The notes below the pieces were generated by a model. It was not told where the DNA came from and did not search any database. It saw only the letters and a list, made by a program, of their open reading frames with translations. A program made the position numbers and the translations under genes. DNA of 64,000 nt. Source: Candidatus Babeliales bacterium. Its GTDB lineage: Bacteria > Babelota > Babeliae > Babelales > Vermiphilaceae. Positions 1-7,717 of this stretch are shown here, one piece after another. The DNA lies in assembly GCA_963743635.1 (NCBI GenBank), contig CAVUQO010000003.1, forward strand, positions 608,001 to 672,000, in the 5' to 3' direction. Within the stretch, counting starts at the first letter, position 1, and each line of letters begins with the position of its first letter.

Positions 1-686
1 ATCTCGCTGCCAATATTGGGATGTTCTATGGTTGTTTCGCTCAATGATTTGCCAAATGAATTGATTATTTTGAGTGTTGATCCATCTTGCCCTTTGAGCA
101 ATTCATCACATACTTTTTCAATACCCATGCGCCCTTCATGGTTGGTATGCATACCGCTCAAATATCCAAGAATGTGGCTCGCAAAAGAACGGTGGGGATA
201 GAGTCGTTCAAAATCGGTATCAATAATGATATTGGGATGTTCGGGAATCAGTTCTTGGAGTTTACTGAGCTGTTCGATTGAAAGATCGCGAGATAGTAAT
301 AATTTTTTATAGCGCCGTTCTGCTTGCTGCAGCTCTGTTTTGCGTGTTTCATCTTGCGAGAAATCGATGCCGAGAATATGTTCAATATCCTCGATGATAG
401 CGTTTTGTTCGCTATTGAATGAGCGATTGCCTGAACCTTTCCAATAGAGAGAAACCACGGGACGATTCGTAACGAGCAGCATGCCATTACGATCTACAAT
501 ATTGCCGCGTGGTGATGCTATTTTTTCCGTCCGAATGAAATTACGTTGGCCCTGTTTTACAAAATTTTCGCTCAAACGTATCTGTAATACAAAAAGACGT
601 ATAGCGATCATGCAAAATATGGCGCAGGTTGCCCAAAAAAGGTGCTGTATTTTGTATGCGGAAGGGGATATAGGCGCTTGATTCAT
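1..686 (-). CDS. mrdA: Penicillin-binding protein 2, N-terminal part (runs off window start; not in ORF track)
   Basis: Manual translation from ATG 686: MNQAPIS..TM..RLFVLQI..SPRGNIVDRNGMLLVTNRP..RLYPH..ASHILGY..EGRMGIEK..LKGQDG, class B PBP dimerisation-domain motifs; ATGA overlap with xerC stop. Confidence 0.85.
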   Translation of the reverse strand, partial: MNQAPISPSAYKIQHLFWATCAIFCMIAIRLFVLQIRLSENFVKQGQRNFIRTEKIASPRGNIVDRNGMLLVTNRPVVSLYWKGSGNRSFNSEQNAIIEDIEHILGIDFSQDETRKTELQQAERRYKKLLLSRDLSIEQLSKLQELIPEHPNIIIDTDFERLYPHRSFASHILGYLSGMHTNHEGRMGIEKVCDELLKGQDGSTLKIINSFGKSLSETTIEHPNIGSE

Positions 687-1609
687 GATTCCTTACGGTT
701 TTTAATCATAGTGTGAATCGGATGTTTCGAATCGCAAATGCGTGAAAGATCATCAAGAGATACGTGCGTATATTTTTCGGTACTACTTAATGTTTTGTGC
801 CCGAGTAATTCTTGTACTACGCGCAAATCAACGCCTTGATTGAGCATATGCGTTGCAAATGAGTGACGAATTTTATGGGGTGTTATCGGGCGATCTATTT
901 TCAAAAATTGCCGAAACATTTCGATAATGCGCTGAATAGAGCGGCTGGTGAGCGCGGTACCACGATTATTGAGGAATAGTTTTTCGCTTGCATCATGCAC
1001 ATGTGGCCGTTCAGCAGCAAGATATTGCCTGATTTTATTTCTCGCTTTATCGCCAAAGAGCACGATGCGTTCTTTGGACCCTTTACCCGATATGCGCACG
1101 GTTTTATTTTCCATATCAATATCGCCGATACGTATAGAAACGAGCTCTGAGCAGCGCATGCCGGTCGCATAGAGCAATTCAAAGATAGTTTTATCGCGGA
1201 TGGGGCGCTTGGTGGGCAGTTGTTCGTCTTGAGTGTTATCAAGTAGATGGAATATTTCATCTACGCTTAAGTAGACGGGTAATTTTTTATCAAGGCGAGG
1301 GCGCGTGAGTTTGAGTTTGAGATCAATGCCGTACGTTTTTAAAAACTTTTCAAACGATTTAAAGCAGGAGAATTTGCGTGCGATTGAACTTTTATCAATC
1401 TTTTTGTAAAACAAACTCACCAAATAGCGCTCAATGACTTGCCGCAATCCATTGTTTTCAACCTTCAAACGCTCCTGATCTTCCCAAAAAAGGAGAAACT
1501 GTTTTAAGTCACTTTCGTAGGCACGCAATGTGTTGCCCGATAGATTACGCTCAACCTCAAGATGCGTGATGAACTCCGTAACTTTATCCTTAAACTCTTT
1601 TCGTTTCAT
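683..1609 (-). CDS. xerC: Tyrosine recombinase XerC/XerD
   Basis: LYATGMRCSEL, GKGSKER, HKIRHSFATH, LLGH..ST..Y catalytic motifs; likely start MKRKEF at 1609. Confidence 0.9.
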   Translation of the reverse strand: MKRKEFKDKVTEFITHLEVERNLSGNTLRAYESDLKQFLLFWEDQERLKVENNGLRQVIERYLVSLFYKKIDKSSIARKFSCFKSFEKFLKTYGIDLKLKLTRPRLDKKLPVYLSVDEIFHLLDNTQDEQLPTKRPIRDKTIFELLYATGMRCSELVSIRIGDIDMENKTVRISGKGSKERIVLFGDKARNKIRQYLAAERPHVHDASEKLFLNNRGTALTSRSIQRIIEMFRQFLKIDRPITPHKIRHSFATHMLNQGVDLRVVQELLGHKTLSSTEKYTHVSLDDLSRICDSKHPIHTMIKNRKES

Positions 1610-1900
1610 GAACCACCTAACACTGCTTTTTTTAGATTTTTTTGTAACTCCGTCTCTAAATGTAAAGTTGTTCAGGGTAATTGGCAATAATTAGGTTGAA
1701 ATAGGTGTAAGAAAGAGATGGTGAGTACCTTGGTGGTTGGCATGACGCGGGTGCAACTTTTATAGTCCTTCGAACTTCAGGTAATCAACATCTCTTAAGA
1801 GGCCTTGATTATACCGCGTTCGATCATGTCTACAATATCTTGATTGACTGCGGGATCATGCTTTAAATCAAGAAGTTATTTTTGAATTTGGTACATTTGT

Positions 1901-2152
1901 TTATTCATCATGTCCTAAATGTTCTATATATAAGGGAACATTAGGCATAATGCTATTTTTAAAACAAGCTATATGACACAAAAAAAATTGCTCGAACTGT
2001 CGATCTCTTGATTTATTATAATTGACCATAATATTTAAACTACATGGATCTGACTGAGATGAGTCAATTCCTTTCCCACAGAAACAACATTGCGTTTCAA
2101 ATTCATTTACGTTAATTCCATTGAATAAAAGGTGCTCATACGGATTCTTCAT
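1901..2152 (-). CDS. Small Cys-rich hypothetical protein (CxxC...CHxxC), possible orphan immunity gene
   Basis: 83 aa ORF, ATGA-coupled to 2149..2550, last gene of the toxin cassette. Confidence 0.55.
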   Translation of the reverse strand: MKNPYEHLLFNGINVNEFETQCCFCGKGIDSSQSDPCSLNIMVNYNKSRDRQFEQFFLCHIACFKNSIMPNVPLYIEHLGHDE

Positions 2153-2550
2153 GATTTTGTTTCAAGGGAGTAAATGGCAATGTTCTCACACAACCCAAGG
2201 GTAATTTTTATGTACGTATCAAGATCGAGTTGTGGTTCACTGGCATCGATGCCTTGTTTTAAACAATATGGCTCAAGAGGGTAGATATGCACGAGATCAC
2301 GAGCGATTTCGATTTTTACGAAAGCCTGCGGGGTTTGCGCATAGATCGTGATAGGGAAATTAGTTTTTGCTATCTCTATTAATTGTTCTATTGATCTCTC
2401 CGTATGCGTTTCATGTTTATGAATGTCTTGAAAGTAAATATGTAGGTTGCGTTTTCCATTCCAGAAAAGTAAAGCAATATTCTCATTGGGGGTTGAAAAA
2501 TCTTGTATGAGTGGTGCTGTGTGTGCAGTTATATATGAAATTTTATTCAT
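2149..2550 (-). CDS. Putative immunity protein, paralogue of 2571..2993
   Basis: C-terminus LDLDTYIKITLGLCENIAIYSLET resembles IDFARYIRLLLWLCKDFTILGLQT; AAAGGT RBS. Confidence 0.6.
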   Translation of the reverse strand: MNKISYITAHTAPLIQDFSTPNENIALLFWNGKRNLHIYFQDIHKHETHTERSIEQLIEIAKTNFPITIYAQTPQAFVKIEIARDLVHIYPLEPYCLKQGIDASEPQLDLDTYIKITLGLCENIAIYSLETKS

Positions 2551-2570
2551 GATTGACCTTTGATTTGTAT

Positions 2571-2993
2571 CTATTCAGTAGTGGTTTGTAATCCAAGGAT
2601 TGTGAAATCTTTGCATAACCATAAGAGAAGTCTTATATATCTCGCAAAGTCGATGGTGCCAGCTTCGATGTCTATTTCTTGTTTCCACGGGAATCCAAAA
2701 TAGAATATGCTAATCCTTATACATTTATCACTTGGATCGATACGCATTAAAAAATCAGTATTTTCAAATTTTACCAGAAGATACGCATCGCTTGTATCAC
2801 ATAGATTTGTATCCGTGAATTTTAAGATCAATGCAGTTGCTTCCTGGGAGCTAAATGCACAGGGATAATAGTCATCGATAGATTGATTGTAATAAATAAA
2901 GCCTAAATTTGAGCCATGTTGAATGATATGCGCAATATTCTTAGAATTGTGCGGGGCATCCAATATAGCTGAAATGGAATGAGATATACTCAT
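2571..2993 (-). CDS. Putative cognate immunity protein of the toxin
   Basis: Start MSISHS overlaps the toxin stop (ATGA at 2990-2993). Confidence 0.65.
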   Translation of the reverse strand: MSISHSISAILDAPHNSKNIAHIIQHGSNLGFIYYNQSIDDYYPCAFSSQEATALILKFTDTNLCDTSDAYLLVKFENTDFLMRIDPSDKCIRISIFYFGFPWKQEIDIEAGTIDFARYIRLLLWLCKDFTILGLQTTTE

Positions 2994-5095
2994 ATTGTTC
3001 CTTCGTGAAATATGATATTTTTTTCTATGAACCACGTTTTCCAGTTTTCTGGTATCGGCCCTTTAGAGTATACCGCATAAGACTTTTTGAGGTGATCCGC
3101 AATTAATTTTTGTTGTTGCAATTTTGATCGGATGTCAGTCACATTAACTTGCTCCCAATTCCAATTCTTGCATTCTATCAATTTGCTTTGAGTGCTAATA
3201 TCAAAATCTCTAGAAGCTTTGCCATTACCTAAGTATTCACCAAATTTGCTAACTTTTTCTCCCTTTGCTTCTAGCTGTGCCGCAACTTCTAATTCGTACA
3301 AAGCTCCTCGAGCAGTGCCCAAGTTTCCGGAAGTTGCATTTTTTTGTCCAGTTTTTACGAGGATAGCAAGTGGATGTTTGGACGGGTCGGCGGCGTCAAT
3401 ACTTTTCAGAAGAGATTCGGCTTCTTTGATTTTAGTTAGATCGCCGAGAGCTGGATCGAGCTCATGCCACGCGATGGGTTCATGCATAGTTTTCAATGTA
3501 GTGGATACTTTGCGTGCGCCGGCAACACCAGCATTCTCTTGCGCTGAAAGCATAACCGTTTCTGCAGCTTCGCCTGCTACAAGAACCTCAAAACCTTCGG
3601 CCGAGGCGAGCAACTTGGGTGCGGTTGCAAGGCCTTGTTCAATTTTTTTGGTAAATTCAACGACTTTGGCTTGAGCTTTTGCGTAGAACTTGCCGGAAAC
3701 GTCTAAACATTTTGCGGTAAGATAGGCTTCGGTACCAAATGCGATTGTACCTCTGACTATCTCTGGGCCAGAGATGCTTTGATATTTTTCGTAAATTTCA
3801 CGGTAGATTGCTTTAATGGGTTTCTCGTAGGCATATATTTTGTCTTGCCCTGCAATTGGATCAAGCAGATACGTTCCTGTAATATCGCATACTTCATACA
3901 GTACTTTACCAAGATGATATATAACGGCTTCTGTGGCGTGTCCGATATTGAGGACAATATCTATTGGGTGTGATAATGTGCGGACGGTATTTACAACTCC
4001 GTCCCCTACACCTTGCACAACCGCCCAGCCGTAATCATTAAGCGCAGAAACAAGATTCGATATTGCCATTGCTTGTTTTACATGTCCGGCGTTGTTGTAT
4101 GCCATTCCAACGTGAGCGAATTCGACGGCCGATTCGGCAATATGGCGAACTCCGGAAATGTGGCCGTGTCGTTCATTGAGAAGGGATGCCCTATTCACGT
4201 TTGTTACGAATTCGTCGTGAATATGTTGCTGTAAGGCATTACCATGACATTGTTTGAAATTGTCGGCGTCCAGATCAAGAGCTTGTAGTAATGGGTTTGC
4301 AACGGAAAGAACGGTGTATTTTTGCGTTCTAGAAGCAAAATTTTCATCTATGGTCTTTTCTATTACATAGGCGCGGTTCATTATAGCTTTTTCGTTCGGC
4401 GATTGAGCTTTTTCAATTGACCGAGCTGTATCAACAATAGCAGTAAGATCTTTCTTTTGTGCTTGAATGGTAGCAGTGACTTGCTGTGCGATTGCTTCAC
4501 GTTGCTTTGCTATTGCGGCTTGTTGTACGCGGACTCGTTCCTGATGCCTCATTGCTAGAACTTGTTTTGATTGTTCAGCTTCTTTGGAAATAAAATCTTT
4601 GACGCTGGAGCGACGCGCTATAAAGACATTATCAAGGTTCTTAGCGAGTGTTTTATCTTGCATGATTTGGTTATTAAGCCCCACCATGGCTTCATGATAA
4701 CCTTCGAGTGTTGCTATGTACGCGCGAAAAGATGGGAATTGATAGAGGTTAAATTGGCAAAAAAGATCATTACGGTCTACTTGATGCAATAAATGTACGC
4801 TTTGACCGGCCATATTGCTGAAAAAGTTATCCCATTGGCTAGTGGTGAAGCTCGAATGTTTTTGTATGGTATGGGCACGGAGTGATGAAAAAACAGTACG
4901 AACGAAGGTGAAGACTTGAGGTGCGCAATATGTCTGAGTGGTCGTCACCGGTCTAACGCAGACGGAAACAAAAACTCCGTCATCAGAGCCTTTTTTATTG
5001 GAAGAAAATTCAACACCAGAAAATAGTGGACATGGGAGTAATGCTACGCTGAGGATGAATGTTTTGATTTGTGGACGCATGGTATTGCTAAGCAT
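2990..5095 (-). CDS. Secreted polymorphic-toxin-like protein with C-terminal restriction-endonuclease-fold (PD-(D/E)xK) domain
   Basis: N-terminal signal peptide, helical stalk, C-terminal GALYELEVA..RDFDI..LIECKNW motif, followed by coupled small genes. Confidence 0.7.
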   Translation of the reverse strand: MLSNTMRPQIKTFILSVALLPCPLFSGVEFSSNKKGSDDGVFVSVCVRPVTTTQTYCAPQVFTFVRTVFSSLRAHTIQKHSSFTTSQWDNFFSNMAGQSVHLLHQVDRNDLFCQFNLYQFPSFRAYIATLEGYHEAMVGLNNQIMQDKTLAKNLDNVFIARRSSVKDFISKEAEQSKQVLAMRHQERVRVQQAAIAKQREAIAQQVTATIQAQKKDLTAIVDTARSIEKAQSPNEKAIMNRAYVIEKTIDENFASRTQKYTVLSVANPLLQALDLDADNFKQCHGNALQQHIHDEFVTNVNRASLLNERHGHISGVRHIAESAVEFAHVGMAYNNAGHVKQAMAISNLVSALNDYGWAVVQGVGDGVVNTVRTLSHPIDIVLNIGHATEAVIYHLGKVLYEVCDITGTYLLDPIAGQDKIYAYEKPIKAIYREIYEKYQSISGPEIVRGTIAFGTEAYLTAKCLDVSGKFYAKAQAKVVEFTKKIEQGLATAPKLLASAEGFEVLVAGEAAETVMLSAQENAGVAGARKVSTTLKTMHEPIAWHELDPALGDLTKIKEAESLLKSIDAADPSKHPLAILVKTGQKNATSGNLGTARGALYELEVAAQLEAKGEKVSKFGEYLGNGKASRDFDISTQSKLIECKNWNWEQVNVTDIRSKLQQQKLIADHLKKSYAVYSKGPIPENWKTWFIEKNIIFHEGTI

Positions 5096-5139
5096 GATGG
5101 CGGATCCTGCAAATGGTTATATGCTATGAGTATGCTGAC

Positions 5140-6381
5140 TTAAGTAGAGGTAATTTTACTGATTATATTCATGATAATCCAGATACCATTTATCCTATTC
5201 CACGTAAGATTTTCAGTATCTCTGTTTAGAGCTCGTTGTTTTTCTTGCTCTTCTTTGGTTGCAGTTCGCTGGAGTGCGACCTCTTTTTTTATTTTTTCCA
5301 ATTCTTTCATGAAATGTGTTTGGGCAATTGGTTCGCTATTACATACTGCATTTCTATGCGCATGTTTGCAAAGATTCGAAATATTCCGAACGCTAAAATT
5401 TTTTGTTTCTCTGATGAGTGTTTCGATGTCTTCTTTGGAGCAATATTCATCGAGTTTTTGTTGCGTATATTTTTCTGAAAAATGATCGAGCAGTTCTGTA
5501 CGGTGTTGGGCATCAGGATTTTTCATATGGATGCAAAGATCGACTCTGTTCCTGAGTTCCACCGGAACTCTATTGAGATGGTTGGTAGCAAAAATGAAAA
5601 ATACGCATGGATTATTTTTATTTTTATCAATGTGGCGCCACAGTGCTTTGTAGGCAGCATCATACTCAGTACGAGCAGTTGAATTTTCATTGCAGGAAAA
5701 GGCATCTATTTCATCGATAAAAATAATAACTCGTTTTTTGTATGCTTTTCCCTCTGCGATAGCATTTTCAATGCTTTCATTAATAATCGCTTTACTGCCG
5801 CCGATAAAGCCATCCAGAACATCTGCGCCGTAAATTTCCACAAAGTGGCTATCGGTGTTTTTCGCGATTGCTTGTGCAAGTGCCGTCTTGCCTACTCCGG
5901 TAGGACCTTCCAATAAAAGTACATTATCGATTTCTTTTTCATGACGAAAGATAAGTCCTAGGCTGATTTCCTTGTTATCTTCTTTGAGTTGCTCAATGAT
6001 TGGGCGTATTTCTGGTGGGCAGGCACCGATCATGCCCGGTATTTCGTAGCGAGGTTCATCTGAATCGTAATTGGGCGTATAGTCTATTTTTTTGAGTTGT
6101 TTTTGGTACCAATAGTATCCAGCACCCAACGCAACAATCCCCCCTGCAGCGAGATGAGAAAAATAGGGAGAGCCAGTTGCAGCGTTGATGTTAGTGGTAA
6201 TTGCTGCATAAGCGTTTGAAAATATATTGCTACTATTCGCGGATTGTGCATTTTGTAGAGTACTTGCTCCAGAAGCAAAAGGGAGTGGTATATGTGCTGA
6301 TGAGTATGCAAGATTTGAAAGGCTAAGAAATAGTATAAATGTTTTTAGGGTTCGAGTGTGAATGTGCATGATAATGTGCAT
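5140..6381 (-). CDS. Classic-clade AAA+ ATPase with signal peptide and TM segment
   Basis: GPTGVGKT, IFIDEID, FIFATN..LRNR; hydrophobic N-terminus; start uncertain (6369, 6381 or 6420). Confidence 0.85.
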   Translation of the reverse strand: MHIIMHIHTRTLKTFILFLSLSNLAYSSAHIPLPFASGASTLQNAQSANSSNIFSNAYAAITTNINAATGSPYFSHLAAGGIVALGAGYYWYQKQLKKIDYTPNYDSDEPRYEIPGMIGACPPEIRPIIEQLKEDNKEISLGLIFRHEKEIDNVLLLEGPTGVGKTALAQAIAKNTDSHFVEIYGADVLDGFIGGSKAIINESIENAIAEGKAYKKRVIIFIDEIDAFSCNENSTARTEYDAAYKALWRHIDKNKNNPCVFFIFATNHLNRVPVELRNRVDLCIHMKNPDAQHRTELLDHFSEKYTQQKLDEYCSKEDIETLIRETKNFSVRNISNLCKHAHRNAVCNSEPIAQTHFMKELEKIKKEVALQRTATKEEQEKQRALNRDTENLTWNRINGIWIIMNIISKITST

Positions 6382-6455
6382 GATTTGGTACCTGAATGAA
6401 AGACACACTCTATTGAGCATGTCTTTCCAGTTTGTATAATATATTTCTTGGGAGA

Positions 6456-7592
6456 TTAAGAGTACTGGCGTAAAAGGCGCTCAGTGCTTTCTTCATTAAA
6501 CGCAGCTCTTTGTATGTTATATGAGGCTTGCTGTAATTTGAGTATTTCTTGCTGTATTGCGTCCTGTTCGTTCTCTCTTTTTAAGGTTCGTTGCTTTTCG
6601 AGTTCAGCTTCAGTTGGAGTATGTTGTAGCGCAACTTTTGCCTTCATTGCCTGTAAGGCGTACAGGAGATGATTTTCGGTAATTGGTGTGTTTTCACGTG
6701 CTGCATAATCACGACTGGAAAAACAGAGGTCTTCAATATCACGAATACTGAAATGTTCCGTTTGTTCTACTACCGTTTGTATGCACGTATCGGTACAGTA
6801 TTCTGCAAGTTTTTTCTGTGCGAGTTCCTTTGAAAAACAATCTAGTAATTCCCGGCGTTGTTGAGCATCAGGATTTTTCATCGAAACAATCTTACGGCCT
6901 ATTCTGTTTTTGAATGGAAGGGGTAAGCGATCCAAGCGATTGGTTGCAAAGATAAAAAGAACTTCTGGTTTGTACTGATTGTCATCTATATAGCACCACA
7001 AGGCTGCCATCGCAGCATCGTATTCAGTATGAGCGGCTGATGTTTCATTATTTGCAAGTTTGTCTATTTCATCAAATAAAATGACTACTCGCTTGTTAAG
7101 CGCTTTGCCTTCGGCCATTGCTTTGTCAATTTCTGCCATAAGGGCTTCTGTGGTTCCTCCAAGGTAGCGATTCAGAAGCTTAGGTGTGTTAATTTTAAAG
7201 AAATGGCTGTCTGATTCTTTGGCTATTGCTTCGGCAAGTCTTGTTTTGCCGATTCCAGTCGGTCCTTCGAACAGGAGCAGATTTTTATCTTCGCTTTTTT
7301 CAGAAGGTTTTGGTCCAAAACTAATTTTGTTAGCTTCTCGCATGAGACGTTTGATGGTGTCGCATGCGTCAGTTGGACATGTTCCGGCCATGCCGGACAC
7401 ATAACAAGGAGGAATTTTCGGAGTGTAAGGATTCTCAACTGGTGGTGTTGGAGCTGCTGGCGGTGTTACTGGAGCAGTAGGCGGAGGCGGTGATGGGTAA
7501 AGCCAATATGCTTGCACTGAAATGTGTGAAATGGCAACAAGTAGAATAAAAATTTTGCGCGCGTAAGAATATGTGCATCTGGTGTTATGCAT
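6456..7592 (-). CDS. Classic-clade AAA+ ATPase with signal peptide and Pro-rich linker (paralogue)
   Basis: GPTGIGKT, LFDEID, FIFATN; shares G.CP, TEYDAA and MKNPDAQ with the neighbour. Confidence 0.85.
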   Translation of the reverse strand: MHNTRCTYSYARKIFILLVAISHISVQAYWLYPSPPPPTAPVTPPAAPTPPVENPYTPKIPPCYVSGMAGTCPTDACDTIKRLMREANKISFGPKPSEKSEDKNLLLFEGPTGIGKTRLAEAIAKESDSHFFKINTPKLLNRYLGGTTEALMAEIDKAMAEGKALNKRVVILFDEIDKLANNETSAAHTEYDAAMAALWCYIDDNQYKPEVLFIFATNRLDRLPLPFKNRIGRKIVSMKNPDAQQRRELLDCFSKELAQKKLAEYCTDTCIQTVVEQTEHFSIRDIEDLCFSSRDYAARENTPITENHLLYALQAMKAKVALQHTPTEAELEKQRTLKRENEQDAIQQEILKLQQASYNIQRAAFNEESTERLLRQYS

Positions 7593-7717
7593 CGGTGTCC
7601 CCTAAGAACAAGTATGAAAATGTATAGTAATTTCTGATTTGTAACTATACCTAAATTCGTATAGAAGTTCAACCGGATTTTTACATTTGCATGCAACTAA
7701 TCGCGAGCGTGTGGAGC

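Noticed and set aside
683..1609. Tyrosine recombinase as a prophage or island integrase
   Set aside because: Its size, motifs and coupling to mrdA fit housekeeping XerC/D; no phage genes or att sites are adjacent.
1690..1900. Possible toxin remnant or flanking repeat for the toxin cassette
   Set aside because: Only a short startless frame (..DIVDMIERGIIKAS*) and no convincing match to the other flank.
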